The notes: generated from the sequence alone by a model not told the origin. Counted from the stretch's first letter, positions 10,391 to 21,080 are shown. The stretch: 64,000 nucleotides of DNA from an uncultured Actinomycetes bacterium (GCA_963706915.1 CAVPOH010000009.1:126765-190764); one strand, 5' to 3'. A program made the numbers and translations.

Positions 10391-12283
10391 ATGGCCGTCG
10401 GCGGCTGGGTCTGTCTCGTCGCCCCGCTCGTGGGGTTCCTCGCGATCGTGCTCGCCGGCACCCGCATCACCCGGCGGCAGGCGGGGCTCATCTCGACCGC
10501 CTCGGTGTTCGTGGGGTTCGCGGGCGCCGTCTATGCGTTCGTCGACGCCCTCGGGCGGGACCCCGACGACCGGGTCGAGGTGACGACCGCCTGGACGTGG
10601 TTCAAGGCCGGCGACTTCGTCGTAGAGCTCCAGCTCCTCATCGACCCGCTGTCGATCGTGATGATGCTCATCGTCACCGGCATCGGCGGCCTGATCGTCG
10701 CCTACTCGAACGGCTACATGGCCGGAGAGGACGAGGAGCGCCGTTACTTCGCGTACATGGCGTTCTTCGTCTTCGCGATGCTGATGCTCGTCCAGGGCGG
10801 CAACCTGCTGCTGCTGCTCGTCGGCTGGGGCCTGGTCGGCCTCGCGTCGTACCTCCTCATCGGCTTCTACCACGACCGCCGCTCGGCGGTCGAAGCCGCG
10901 AAAAAGGCGTTCGTCGTCAACGCCGTCGGCGACGCGATCATGGCGCTCGGCTTCTTCCTCCTGATCTTCCACGTCGGCAGCCTCGACTACGGAATCGTCT
11001 TCGGCGCCGCGGAGTCCGGGGAGCTCTCCGACACCGTCGTCACGCTCGTCGCGCTCGGGCTCCTCGGCGGCGCCGTCGCGAAGTCGGCCCAGATCCCCTT
11101 CCACACCTGGCTCCCGGACGCGATGGAGGGGCCGACACCGGTCTCGGCCCTCATCCACGCGGCGACCATGGTGACCGCCGGCGTCTACCTGATCTGCCGC
11201 ACGCATCCGGTGTTCGAGGCGGCGCCGGAGGTGCAGCACCTGGCGGCGATCCTCGGCCTCGTGACGCTCCTCTTCGCCGGCGTCGTCGCGCTCGTCCAGT
11301 GGGACATCAAGCGGGTGATCGCGTACTCGACGATGAGCCAGATCGGCTACATGTTCGTCGGCGCGGGCATCGGGGCCTACGGCTTCGCGATGTTCCACCT
11401 CTTCACGCACGCCTTCTTCAAGGCGCTGCTGTTCCTGACCGCCGGCCTCGTCATCCACCACCTCGACGGCGAGCAGGACATCCGGAAGATGGGCGGACTC
11501 CGCGCGAAGATGCCGTACACGCACGCGACGTTCCTGATCGGGACGCTCTCGCTCGTCGGCATCCCGATCTTCGCCGGCTTCTGGTCGAAGGACGCGATCC
11601 TCGCGTCCGCGCTCGCGGACGGCGGCGCGCTCGGGTGGACGCTCTACGTCGGCGGACTCCTCGGCGCACTCTTGACGGCGATGTACTCGTTCCGGCTCTA
11701 CTTCATCGTCTTCCACGGGACGTCGTCTCCGGTTCCGGCGGGGCACGACGAGCACGCTCACCACGGCGAGGGATCCCGCTGGATGACCGTCCCCGTCGGC
11801 GTGCTCGCGCTCGGCGCGACGTTCGCAGGCCTGCTCCAGATCCCCGGCGTCTGGGAGCCGTTCGAGACGTGGCTCGAGCCCGTCCTCGAGCCGCTCGTCG
11901 TCCCCTCGACTGCACAGGAGTGGGGGACGAGCGCGATCGCGGTGACGATCGCCGTCATCGGCATCGCCGTCGCGTCGCGCGCCTACAAGGCGGGCCGCGA
12001 GCTCGTGCCGGACGGCGCCGTGCGAACGACGCTCGAGCACAAGTTCTGGTTCGACGAGCTGTACGACGCGGTCTTCTCCCGCCCCGCGCAGGCCATCGCC
12101 GTCCGCCTCCGCGACAACGTCGAGACGCCGATCGTCCAGGGCGGCCTGGACGAGGTCGCCGAGGGGACGCTCGACGCGGCGTCGCTCACGTCACGGGCGC
12201 AGAGCGGCCTTCTGCGGACGTACGCGCTCGCGATGACCGTCACGGTGTCGATCCTCGCCCTCGTCTTCCTCGTGGTGCGCTAG
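10391..12283 (+). CDS. nuoL: NADH-quinone oxidoreductase subunit L
   Basis: KSAQIPFHTWLPDAMEGPTPVSALIHAATMVTAG, HAFFKALLF. Confidence 0.97.
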   Translation: MAVGGWVCLVAPLVGFLAIVLAGTRITRRQAGLISTASVFVGFAGAVYAFVDALGRDPDDRVEVTTAWTWFKAGDFVVELQLLIDPLSIVMMLIVTGIGGLIVAYSNGYMAGEDEERRYFAYMAFFVFAMLMLVQGGNLLLLLVGWGLVGLASYLLIGFYHDRRSAVEAAKKAFVVNAVGDAIMALGFFLLIFHVGSLDYGIVFGAAESGELSDTVVTLVALGLLGGAVAKSAQIPFHTWLPDAMEGPTPVSALIHAATMVTAGVYLICRTHPVFEAAPEVQHLAAILGLVTLLFAGVVALVQWDIKRVIAYSTMSQIGYMFVGAGIGAYGFAMFHLFTHAFFKALLFLTAGLVIHHLDGEQDIRKMGGLRAKMPYTHATFLIGTLSLVGIPIFAGFWSKDAILASALADGGALGWTLYVGGLLGALLTAMYSFRLYFIVFHGTSSPVPAGHDEHAHHGEGSRWMTVPVGVLALGATFAGLLQIPGVWEPFETWLEPVLEPLVVPSTAQEWGTSAIAVTIAVIGIAVASRAYKAGRELVPDGAVRTTLEHKFWFDELYDAVFSRPAQAIAVRLRDNVETPIVQGGLDEVAEGTLDAASLTSRAQSGLLRTYALAMTVTVSILALVFLVVR

Positions 12284-12285
12284 TC

Positions 12286-13746
12286 GTGCTCACGACGCTG
12301 CTCATCGTCGTCCCGCTGGCCGGTGCGCTGCTCGTCTGGGTGCTGCCGTTCTCGCGCGAGACGACGAGCGGCCTGGCGCTCATGGCGGCGCTCGCCGAGG
12401 TCGGCCTCTGGATCGGCGGCGCGCGCAACTTCGACTTCTCGAGCGACACCCAGCAGTTCTCGACGAGCCGCGAGTGGTTCTCCGAGCTCGGAATCTCCTA
12501 CTCGGTCGGCCTCTACGGCTTCCAGTACTGGCTCGTCGGGCTCGCGGCCGTCGTCGGCGCCGCCGCGATCGGCTACGGCCTGTGGGTCGGGCGCGACCGG
12601 CCGCGGGCGTACTTCGGGCTGATGCTCTTCCTCGTCGGCTCGCTCGTCGGCGTCTTCGCGGCCCAGGACCTGATCGTCTTCTACGTCTTCTTCGAGGCGA
12701 TGTTGATCCCGATCTACGTGCTCGTCGGGGTGTGGGGCGGCCCCGCGCGGATCAAGGCGACGGTGACCTTCGTGCTCTACACGATGGCCGGCTCGCTGCT
12801 CATGCTCGCCTCGATCGTCGCGTTCGGGATCACCCAGGGCACGTTCTCGCTCGCGGAGATCGGTACGAGCTCGAACGACTGGGTGTTCCTCGGCTTCCTC
12901 ATCGCGTTCGCGGTGAAGGCGCCGCTCCTGCCGTTCCACGGCTGGCTGCGCTCCGCATACACCGAGGCCCCTCCGGAGGTCGCGGCGATCCTCTCGGGCG
13001 TCGTCTCGAAGGCGGCCGTGTTCGGGCTCGTCTGGATCGTGCTGCCGCACTTCCCGGAGCCGGTCGACGACTTCCGGGAGGTGGTCCTCGTCCTCGCCGC
13101 GGCGACGCTCGTCTACGGCTCCGTCCTCGCGTTCCGTCAGCCCGACGTCCGCGGCGTCATCGCCTACTCCTCGATGGCCCAGATGGGACTCATCGTGATC
13201 GGGATCTTCGCGGTCACGAACCTCGGGCTCGACGGGGCCGTCCTGCACTCGGTCAGCCACGGCCTGGTCTCGGCCGGGCTGTTCCTCCTCGCCGCGATGA
13301 TCGAGACGCGCACCGGAACAGGGCGGTTCGCCGAGCTCGGCGGCATGGGGAAGGGCCGCCCGATCCTCGCGACGCTCGTGATGACGCTCGGGATGTTCAC
13401 GCTGGCCGTCCCCGGCTCGGCGAACTTCGCGGGCGAGTTCGCGATCCTCGCCGGCGTCTTCGGCCGCGGCTGGGGGTACGCGGCGGTCGGCGCGGCCGCG
13501 ATCGTGCTCGCCGCGCTCTACGCGCTCCGCCTCATCTCCGCGATCCTCCACGAGCGGCGCGGGAGCGCCGTCCGTGAGGACTCCGGCGACCTCGTGAGCG
13601 GCGAGCTCGCGCTCGTCGTCCCGCTCGTCGTCATCCTCGCGTTGCTGTCCGCCTGGCCGGCCGCGATCAGCGAGCGCTCCTTCCCGGCCGACGATCCCGC
13701 CGCCTTCATCTCGAGTCGGGGCGAGGGAGGGTTCGGGGCCGAATGA
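12286..13746 (+). CDS. nuoM: NADH-quinone oxidoreductase subunit M
   Basis: FYVFFEAMLIP, AVKAPLLPFHGWL, PGSANFAGEF. Confidence 0.95.
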   Translation: MLTTLLIVVPLAGALLVWVLPFSRETTSGLALMAALAEVGLWIGGARNFDFSSDTQQFSTSREWFSELGISYSVGLYGFQYWLVGLAAVVGAAAIGYGLWVGRDRPRAYFGLMLFLVGSLVGVFAAQDLIVFYVFFEAMLIPIYVLVGVWGGPARIKATVTFVLYTMAGSLLMLASIVAFGITQGTFSLAEIGTSSNDWVFLGFLIAFAVKAPLLPFHGWLRSAYTEAPPEVAAILSGVVSKAAVFGLVWIVLPHFPEPVDDFREVVLVLAAATLVYGSVLAFRQPDVRGVIAYSSMAQMGLIVIGIFAVTNLGLDGAVLHSVSHGLVSAGLFLLAAMIETRTGTGRFAELGGMGKGRPILATLVMTLGMFTLAVPGSANFAGEFAILAGVFGRGWGYAAVGAAAIVLAALYALRLISAILHERRGSAVREDSGDLVSGELALVVPLVVILALLSAWPAAISERSFPADDPAAFISSRGEGGFGAE

Positions 13747-15212
13747 TCGACACGCCCAACGTCGACTGGTTCGCGCTCTCGCCGACGCTGGCGCTGCTCG
13801 CCGTCGCGGGCCTCACGCTGCTCGGCGGCGTGTTCTACCCACGCCCCGCGGTGCGGGCGTTCTGCGTCCTCGTGTCCGCGGCCGGCTTCGCGACGTCGGC
13901 GTTGCTGTCCGCCTTCCTCTTCGACCGTTCCTCGGAGCCGACGACGCTGATCGCGGAGTCGATGACGCGAGACCGGTTCGGCGCGGCCGCGGCGCTCGTG
14001 ATCGCCGCCGTCGGCATCTGCGTCGTTCTCCTCTCCGCGGGCGACGGCCGCCGCGACCACGTCGGCGAGTACTACGCGCTGCTCGCCGCTTCCGCCGCGG
14101 GGATGGTGTTCTTCGTCTCGGCCGACAGCCTCATGACGATGTTCCTGGCGCTCGAGTGGTTCTCGATCTCGCTGTACGTCCTCTGCGCGCTCGACACTCA
14201 CCGTCGCGAGTCGCTCGAGGCCGGCCTCAAGTACCTGATCGTCGGCAGCTTCGGCTCCGGGATCCTCCTCTTCGGCTGCGCGCTCGTCTACGGCGCGACC
14301 GGTGAGCTCGGCTTCACTGCGATCCAGCAGGCGACCGGCGCCGACGACCCGCTCTTCGTCACGGGCATGGCGATGATCATCGCGGGCCTCGGCTTCAAGG
14401 TCTCCGCTGCGCCGTTCCACATGTGGACGCCGGACGTGTACCAGGGGGCGCCGACCACCGTGACCTCGTTCATGGCGGCCGCGACGAAGGTCGCGGGGCT
14501 GGCGCTCACCTACCGCATCCTCGTCACCGCGTTCCCCGAGCAGTCCGAGATCTGGACGATCGCCGTCGCGGTGCTCGCGATCGCCTCGCTCGCGATCGGC
14601 AACCTCGCGGCGATTGCGCAGAGCGACGTGAAGCGCATGCTCGCGTACTCCTCCGTCTCGCACGCCGGGTTCCTGCTGATCGCCGTCGCCGCGAACAGCG
14701 AGGAGGGGGCGACCGCGCTCCTCTACTACTTCGTGCCGTACACCGCGGCAACGGTCGGGGCGTTCGCGGTCGTCGCGGCCCGCGAGCGGGAGCAGCGTCG
14801 CCCGGTGACGCTCGGCTCACTCGAGGGTCTCGGCTGGGAGCGGCCGTTCCTCGGCGTCGGGATGTGGGTGTTCGTGCTGAGCATGGCGGGGTTCCCGCTG
14901 ACCGGGGGCTTCCTCGGCAAGCTGTTCGTCTTCTCCGCGATCTACGAGGCGGGCTGGTGGTGGCTCGTCGTCATCGGCGTCCTCGCCACCGCCCTGAGCC
15001 TCGCGTACTACCTGTCGATCGTCCGCGCGCTCTTCATGCGCCAGGGCGAGCCGCTGCCGACCGGGGTCGTCGCCGCCGGTGGCTCGCCGCCGCGCGACCT
15101 CCTGCTCGACACGACGGTCGCCGCCGCGATCGTCGTCACGATCGGCTCGTTCTTCTTCGTGCAGCCGCTCGTGGACGTGGCGCGCGACGCTGCGGCCTCG
15201 CTGCCGTTCTAG
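13743..15212 (+). CDS. nuoN: NADH-quinone oxidoreductase subunit N
   Basis: EAGLKYL, FKVSAAPFHMWTPDVYQGAP, KRMLAYSSVSHAG. Confidence 0.97.
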   Translation: MIDTPNVDWFALSPTLALLAVAGLTLLGGVFYPRPAVRAFCVLVSAAGFATSALLSAFLFDRSSEPTTLIAESMTRDRFGAAAALVIAAVGICVVLLSAGDGRRDHVGEYYALLAASAAGMVFFVSADSLMTMFLALEWFSISLYVLCALDTHRRESLEAGLKYLIVGSFGSGILLFGCALVYGATGELGFTAIQQATGADDPLFVTGMAMIIAGLGFKVSAAPFHMWTPDVYQGAPTTVTSFMAAATKVAGLALTYRILVTAFPEQSEIWTIAVAVLAIASLAIGNLAAIAQSDVKRMLAYSSVSHAGFLLIAVAANSEEGATALLYYFVPYTAATVGAFAVVAAREREQRRPVTLGSLEGLGWERPFLGVGMWVFVLSMAGFPLTGGFLGKLFVFSAIYEAGWWWLVVIGVLATALSLAYYLSIVRALFMRQGEPLPTGVVAAGGSPPRDLLLDTTVAAAIVVTIGSFFFVQPLVDVARDAAASLPF

Positions 15213-15224
15213 CCCGGGAACGAC

Positions 15225-15251
15225 ACGGGGCGGGATTTGCTCCCGCCCCGT
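15225..15251. terminator. Hairpin between convergent nuoN and the lectin-like gene; probable terminator, possibly bidirectional
   Basis: ACGGGGCGGGA-TTTGC-TCCCGCCCCGT, an 11-bp perfect inverted repeat 12 nt after the nuoN stop. Confidence 0.7.
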
Positions 15252-15277
15252 TTCCCGCCGTCGACGGCCGCGATGCC

Positions 15278-15985
15278 TCAGTGCTTCGCCTGCCCCTTTG
15301 CCTTGCCGTTCCCGTTCCCGTTGCCGTCGCCGTTGCCCGACCCGGCGTCCGTGCTCGACGTCGCCGTCGTGCCGGCATTGGTCTGGCCGGGAGGGCCGCC
15401 GTGGTCGTGGTTCACGTCGCCGTTCCCCCAGCCCGGCCGGCACGCATCGTCGGTCTGACCCGGAGCCCCGGCGTGGATGTGGTTCTTGTCGCCGTTGCCC
15501 CATCCCGGCGTGCAGCCCGAGCCGGTGCTCGAGCTCGAGCCGGAGGTCACGGTCACCGTGAAGCTCCCCGAGTTGTCCCCGAGGTAGTCGTCGTTCACGG
15601 CGAACTCCAGCTCGCCGGTACCGGAGACGGTGGTCGGACCGCTCCCGACGTGCGTCCACGGGCCACCGCCGACGCGGGCGACGAGCCCCCACGCGGGCGC
15701 ACCCGGTGCCGGGAAGCCGCCGTACAGGTTCGAGGTCGTGTCGTAGCCGGGATCCCCATTCGGGCCCGGGCACACGACAGCGCCCTTCGGGCAGATGGCG
15801 CCGGTGGCCGTGACGGTCACCGGATGCCCGTCGAGCACGAGCCCGGTGCTGACGCCGGGAACCGTTGTGCCGACGACCACGTACGTCGTGGTCGTGATCG
15901 TCACCGGCCCGACCGCCGTCGCCGACGCCGCAAGCGCGAGGGCCAGGGCGATCACGCCCAGGGTCCAGCCCTGCAAGGTCCTCAT
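15278..15985 (-). CDS. Secreted protein with a LecA/PA-IL-like domain and a His/Gly-rich repeat tail
   Basis: Signal peptide; GELEFAVNDDYLGDNSGSFTVTV resembles the PA-IL C-terminal Ca/sugar-binding segment; two CxPGWGNGDxNHxHxGxPGQ repeats. Confidence 0.6.
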   Translation of the reverse strand: MRTLQGWTLGVIALALALAASATAVGPVTITTTTYVVVGTTVPGVSTGLVLDGHPVTVTATGAICPKGAVVCPGPNGDPGYDTTSNLYGGFPAPGAPAWGLVARVGGGPWTHVGSGPTTVSGTGELEFAVNDDYLGDNSGSFTVTVTSGSSSSTGSGCTPGWGNGDKNHIHAGAPGQTDDACRPGWGNGDVNHDHGGPPGQTNAGTTATSSTDAGSGNGDGNGNGNGKAKGQAKH

Positions 15986-16094
15986 GACATTCCCCCTCTC
16001 AATGCGCCGCCGAGCCCTTTCGGCGACGTCCGCACTCTCGATATCGGGAACGGGACGACGCCGCGCTATCCCTCGATCGTGCAGGGAATGGGCT

Positions 16095-17016
16095 CTATGC
16101 GGCGTCCTCCGAGACCCAGCGCATCGGGTCGCCGGGGCCGAGGTCGGTGATCCCGGCCGAGTGGAGGGCGCCGATCGCGAGCGTTCGCCGGTGCGCCGCG
16201 AACGTCAGAACGTGGCCGAGCATGCCGCCGTAGGTGAATACCTGGGCCGGCTCGCAGATCGCATCCACGAACGTCTCGTCGAGCCGGTTGCCGTCGATGA
16301 CCGCGCGCGCATGGTCGAGGAACGCAGGCCCCGCGGTGTCGAGCCGTGCGCGGATCGAGCGCAGCGACTCGTCGCGCTCGACCGCGAAGTCGTAGGCGCG
16401 GCTCTCCATCGCCGCGTTCCACATGTCCATCTGGCCCACGAGCCGGGAGAGGAGCGACCGCAGGGTCGGGTCGTCGTCGAGGCCCTCGACCGAGACCTCG
16501 ATCGGCGCGTCGAGCCGCTCCGCCGAGAGCCGCTCCGCACGGTCGACGATCTCGCCGACGAGCCAGATGTGGTGCTCGAGCAGCCTCGTGAGCAGGTCCA
16601 TGGGGGTCACCTCGTCTCGTGCGGGCAGCCGGAGGCCGCCTGGTGGATGGAAGTGGACGCCGTTCGGCGCGTCGAGCTGGATGCGACCGGGCCGCGAACG
16701 CCATGCGACGGGGGGCGACGCCGTACGCGCGGCGGAACGCTCGCGTGAACGCCTCGTCGACGAGTACCCGGCCTCGTGCGCGATCTCGAGCACGCCGTCG
16801 CCGCTCGAGGAGCCGGAACGCGGCACGCTCGAGCAGGACCCGCCTGCGCATGCGCGCCGGGGTCTCGCCGGCGGCCGCGCTGACGACGCGGTCGAAATGG
16901 AACCGTGAGAGGAAGGCGCCGGCGGCGAGGTCGTCCGTCGTCGCGTCGTGGTCGTCGAGCCGGTCGGCGAGGTCCTCGACGAAGAGCGCGAAAGTGTCGA
17001 TCACCGGAATCGCCAT
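16095..17016 (-). CDS. AraC-family regulator fused to a DinB-like domain (frameshifted near 16.71-16.81 kb, probably sequencing errors)
   Basis: LSRFHFDRVV..RRRVLLERAA, VLEIAHEAGYSS, EAFTRAFRRAYG and APNGVHFHPPGGL..HVLTFAAHRR alternate between two frames. Confidence 0.8.
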
Positions 17017-17097
17017 GCTCGCAGCCTGCACGCCGCGGCGGGCGTGCGCTTGATCGTTCTTGCGTCCTCGCCGACGCCCCGGCAGCAGGCGGTCGCG

Positions 17098-17553
17098 CTA
17101 CGACTGCGGCGTCGCGTACGCCGACCGCGTGGCGCTTTGCGGCCGGAAGTCCTCGCCCGCCGAGCGCTGTCCGATCGGCAGCCGCGGTGGCGGTGCCGCG
17201 AGCCGGTGCTCCTCGCTCCGTGCCCCTGACCGCTCGGGGCGGTGGGGGAGCGTCAACGTGCCCACGGCAAGGGTGAGCATGGCCACGGCGATGTTCGCCC
17301 ACGGGAGACGCCGGGTCTCACGGCGCGGCGCACGCACGTCGCAGCGGTACGGCTCGCCCGGCTCGCGGCGCAGCAGCCACGCGGCGGCCTCGAGGCGGGC
17401 GACGGCGTCGACGCACTCGGGGCAGCGGTCGAGGTGGCGCTTGAGGAGGAGCTGATCGAGATCGTCGTCGAGCTCGCCGTCGATCGCGAGGGACGCACGG
17501 AGACGGGCCGCCTCGCACGCGCCGCCGACCTCGGGTCCGGGCGCGTACCTCAC
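17098..17553 (-). CDS. zf-HC2 (ZAS) anti-sigma-like membrane protein
   Basis: CEAAR..SLAIDGEL..HLDRCPEC (HxxxCxxC) followed by one TM helix; GTG overlaps the upstream stop. Confidence 0.75.
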   Translation of the reverse strand: MRYAPGPEVGGACEAARLRASLAIDGELDDDLDQLLLKRHLDRCPECVDAVARLEAAAWLLRREPGEPYRCDVRAPRRETRRLPWANIAVAMLTLAVGTLTLPHRPERSGARSEEHRLAAPPPRLPIGQRSAGEDFRPQSATRSAYATPQS

Positions 17554-17894
17554 GAGAACGAGGCGTTGGGGTTGAGGGCGATGCCGACCAGGACGAGGCT
17601 GATCCCGAGCCCGACCAGGAGCGCCGACAGGTGGAACGCCTCGGACCACGTGGCGAGCCCACCCGTCGAGATCCGGCGGGCACGGCGCTCGCGCTCTCGC
17701 GCGCGCGCCGGGTCCCGCAGGCCGATGAGCGCGCCGGCGACGAAGAGCAGCGAGCCCATGAGCAGGTAGCCGCCCGAGACGGCGCGCTGCACGGAGACGT
17801 CCGCGGCCCAGCCGATCAGGAGCGAGGCGACCGCCGTGAAGCCGAAGACGCAGGCGAGCGCTATCGCGAGCGAGCGGAGGCCACGGCGGATCAC
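17550..17894 (-). CDS. Small hypothetical membrane protein (about 3 TM)
   Basis: Hydrophobic segments; GTGA coupling with both neighbours. Confidence 0.7.
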   Translation of the reverse strand: MIRRGLRSLAIALACVFGFTAVASLLIGWAADVSVQRAVSGGYLLMGSLLFVAGALIGLRDPARARERERRARRISTGGLATWSEAFHLSALLVGLGISLVLVGIALNPNASFS

Positions 17895-18964
17895 GAGGTC
17901 CGGACCTCCGCGGCGACGGGGTCGAGCGCGACGGGCGCGACCTCCGGCTGCGCGTTGCGCATCTCGTCGGCGGTCATCGGCCACTTCTCGAGCGGGAAGA
18001 AGCACGCCGCCTGGTGGCCGTCCACGCGCGCCTCGAGCTCCGGGTCCTGGATCGCGCAGACGTCCGCCGCCCGCGGGCACCGCGGGTGGAACCGGCAGCC
18101 GCTCGGAGGGTTGATCGGATTCGGCACGTCGCCCTTCAGGACGAACGCGCTCCGGCCCCGTCCACGGCGCGGGTTCGCGATCGGCACCGCTGAGAGCAGC
18201 GCGCCGGTGTACGGATGCCGCGGCCCCACGTAGAGATCGCGTGACCGTGCCAGCTCGGCGACCTTCCCGAGGTACATCACTGCGACTCTGTCGGAGATGT
18301 GGCGCACGACGCTCAGGTCGTGCGCGATGAAGATGTACGTCAGCCCGAACTCGGCCTGGAGATCCTTGAGCAGGTTGAGGATCTGCGCCTGGACCGAGAC
18401 GTCGAGCGCCGAGACGGGCTCGTCGGCGACGATCAGCTTCGGGTTGACGGCGAGCGCGCGGGCCACGCCGATCCGCTGACGCTGGCCGCCCGAGAACTCA
18501 TGCGGGAACCGGTTGTAGTGCTCGGGGTTGAGCCCGACCACCTCGAGCAGGTCCTGGACGCGGCGCTTTCGCTCGGCCTCGGTGCCGAGGCCGTGGATCA
18601 CGAGCGGCTCGCCGACGATGAACCCGACCCGCTTGCGTGGATTGAGGGACGCGTACGGGTCCTGGAAGATCATCATCAGCTCGCGCCGGAAGCGCCGCAT
18701 GTCCTGCTGCGAGAGCCGCGTGATGTCTGTCCCGTCGAAGCGGACGCTCCCGCTCGTCGGCTCGAGCAGGCGCATGATCACGCGGGCGAGCGTCGACTTC
18801 CCGCACCCGGATTCGCCGACGATCCCGAGCGTCTCGCCGCGCTGCACGCTCAGCGAGACGCCGTCCAGCGCCTTGACCGACGCCACCTCATGCTTGAAGA
18901 GGATCCCCTGCGTGATGGGGAAATGCTTCGTGACGTCCTCGACCTCGAGCAGGACGTCGCTCAT
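17891..18964 (-). CDS. oppF: Oligopeptide/dipeptide ABC transporter ATPase
   Basis: [37 protein letters not shown]. Confidence 0.93.
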   Translation of the reverse strand: MSDVLLEVEDVTKHFPITQGILFKHEVASVKALDGVSLSVQRGETLGIVGESGCGKSTLARVIMRLLEPTSGSVRFDGTDITRLSQQDMRRFRRELMMIFQDPYASLNPRKRVGFIVGEPLVIHGLGTEAERKRRVQDLLEVVGLNPEHYNRFPHEFSGGQRQRIGVARALAVNPKLIVADEPVSALDVSVQAQILNLLKDLQAEFGLTYIFIAHDLSVVRHISDRVAVMYLGKVAELARSRDLYVGPRHPYTGALLSAVPIANPRRGRGRSAFVLKGDVPNPINPPSGCRFHPRCPRAADVCAIQDPELEARVDGHQAACFFPLEKWPMTADEMRNAQPEVAPVALDPVAAEVRTS

Positions 18965-20112
18965 GCTGCCTCTGCCTCGAGCCCGAGCTCGGCGACGACG
19001 CGCGCCGACTCCTGCTGTTTCCGCTCCTCGGAGAGGAAGCAGGCGTCGAGGTGCTCCGGGTCGAACGTCGCCGGCGTCGCGTCGGGCAGCTCGCCGCGGC
19101 AGCGGTCGAACGCGAACGCGCAGCGGGGCCGGAAGCGGCAGCCGGCCGGCGGCCGGAGAAGCGACGGCGGCTGGCCGCGGATCTGCGTGAGCCGCTCGAG
19201 CTGGACGTCGAGCCGCGGGAGCGAGCCCAGCAGCCCCCACGTGTATGGGTGGAGCGGCTGCTCGAAGAGCGAGAAGACCGGCGCTTGCTCGGCGACGCGC
19301 GCCGCGTACATCACGACGATGTCGTCAGCGGTCTCGGCGACGACGCCGAGATCGTGCGTGATGAGCACGACCGCCGTCCCGTGCTCGGCCTGCAGGTCCC
19401 GGATCAGGTCGAGGATCTGCGCCTGCGTCGTCACGTCGAGCGCCGTCGTCGGCTCGTCGGCGATGAGGAGCGCCGGGTCGTTGATGAGCGCCATCGCGAT
19501 CATCACGCGCTGGCGCATCCCACCGGAGAACTGGTGCGGGTAGTCGTCGATCCGCCGCTCGGCGCGCGGGATGCCGACCTCCTCGAGCCCCGCGATCGCG
19601 AGCTTGCGCGCCTCGCGCGAGGTGACGTCGCGGTGCAGCAGGATCGCCTCGATGAGCTGGTTCCCGATCGACAGCACCGGGTTCAGCGACGTCATCGGGT
19701 CCTGGAAGATCATCGAGATCTCGCTGCCGCGGAGCGCCCGAAGCCGGCGCTTCGAGGCCTGGAGGAGGTTCTCCCCGCGGAACAGCGCCTGACCCGTCGA
19801 GATCGAGGTGTACTTCTTCGTCCCGTGGAGGAACGCCTCCATCTGCGCCCCGGGCCGCTCCGGCCCGGCGAGCGTGAGCCGCCCTGGCTTCGGGTTCAGG
19901 TTGAGGATCGACATCATCGTCACGCTCTTCCCCGAGCCCGACTCGCCGACCACGCCCAGTGTCTGCCCCGCCTTGACGGAGAACGAGATGCCGTCGACCG
20001 CGCGGACGATGCCGTCGTCGGTCTTGAAGTACGTGCGCAGATCGCGTACGTCGAGCAGCGGCGCGTCGTCGCCCTCCGTGCGCTCGACCGGCTCCACGGC
20101 GGCGGACGTCAT
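18961..20112 (-). CDS. oppD: Oligopeptide/dipeptide ABC transporter ATPase
   Basis: [32 protein letters not shown]. Confidence 0.93.
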   Translation of the reverse strand: MTSAAVEPVERTEGDDAPLLDVRDLRTYFKTDDGIVRAVDGISFSVKAGQTLGVVGESGSGKSVTMMSILNLNPKPGRLTLAGPERPGAQMEAFLHGTKKYTSISTGQALFRGENLLQASKRRLRALRGSEISMIFQDPMTSLNPVLSIGNQLIEAILLHRDVTSREARKLAIAGLEEVGIPRAERRIDDYPHQFSGGMRQRVMIAMALINDPALLIADEPTTALDVTTQAQILDLIRDLQAEHGTAVVLITHDLGVVAETADDIVVMYAARVAEQAPVFSLFEQPLHPYTWGLLGSLPRLDVQLERLTQIRGQPPSLLRPPAGCRFRPRCAFAFDRCRGELPDATPATFDPEHLDACFLSEERKQQESARVVAELGLEAEAA

Positions 20113-21080
20113 GCGAGCCGAATCCGCGGGTCGATGTACGCGTAGACGATGTCGACGATGAGGTTCAGCAGGATGATCGCGAGCGTCGCGAACACGATCA
20201 CGCCCTGCATCGTCGGCAGGTCGAGGTTGAGGACGCTGTTGAGCGCGAGTCGGCCGAGCCCCGGCAGGTTGAAGATCGCCTCCGTGAAGATCGCGCCGCC
20301 GAGCGCGATGCCGATGTCGAGCCCGAGCATCGTCACGATCGGCAACAGCGCATTGCGAAGCACGTGGCGCCGGATGACCACGTTCTCGGGCGCGCCCTTC
20401 GCCCGCGCCGTACGGACATAGTCCTCCCCGAGCGTGTCCATCACGTTCGACCGGATCATCCGCGCGTAGCTCGCCGCGAAGAGGATCGCGAACGTGAGCC
20501 AGGGCAGGATCATGTGGTAGGCCCAGTCGGCGGGCCCACCGCACGACGCGCCCTCCGGCGGGTTGATCACGTCGCAGTAGCCCGCGTTCGGCGTGAGGCC
20601 CCACTTGAAGCCGACGAAGTACTGCAGCAGCAGGCCGATCCAGACGACCGGGGCCGAGATCCCGATCAGGATGAAGATCATCGCCCCCCTGTCGATCAGG
20701 GATCTCGGCCGGAGCGCCGACAGGATCCCGACGGGGAGCGCGATCAGCATCCAGAGCACGGCTCCGCCGAGGACGAGGGCGGCGGTGACGGGCACCGCCT
20801 CACCGACCATCTCGTTCACTTCGCGTCGGTTCGCGTAGGAGCGGCCGAGCGAGTGGTCGACGACGAGCCGCTTGAGGAACAGCGCGTACTGCTCGTGGAC
20901 GGGGCGATCGAGCCCCAGTTGGTGGGCGACGCGGTCGACGTCCTCCGCCGTCGCTGACTTGCCGGCCGCGAGCCGCGCCGGATCGGCCGGCAGGAGGAAG
21001 AAGAGGACGTACGTGATGAGCGTCACGCCGAGGAACAGCACGGCCGCCCAGAGAAGTCGTCGTGTGAGGTACTGGAGCAT
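20109..21080 (-). CDS. oppB: Peptide ABC transporter permease
   Basis: EDYVRTARAKG EAA loop, LRNALLP, DPRIR. Confidence 0.93.
   Translation of the reverse strand: MLQYLTRRLLWAAVLFLGVTLITYVLFFLLPADPARLAAGKSATAEDVDRVAHQLGLDRPVHEQYALFLKRLVVDHSLGRSYANRREVNEMVGEAVPVTAALVLGGAVLWMLIALPVGILSALRPRSLIDRGAMIFILIGISAPVVWIGLLLQYFVGFKWGLTPNAGYCDVINPPEGASCGGPADWAYHMILPWLTFAILFAASYARMIRSNVMDTLGEDYVRTARAKGAPENVVIRRHVLRNALLPIVTMLGLDIGIALGGAIFTEAIFNLPGLGRLALNSVLNLDLPTMQGVIVFATLAIILLNLIVDIVYAYIDPRIRLA

Noticed and set aside
10597-13746. 1049-aa ORF
   Set aside because: Only 12286-13746 is NuoM; the upstream part is an off-frame overlap with nuoL
10373-14663. Long antisense and alternate-frame ORFs over nuoL-N, and similar ones throughout the window
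   Set aside because: Expected shadow ORFs in very GC-rich DNA; Arg/Pro/Ala-rich with no family motifs
16700-16830. Programmed frameshifting or phase variation in the AraC gene
   Set aside because: Several shifts within about 100 nt, with no slippery heptamer or long simple repeat; same pattern as the other probable sequencing errors
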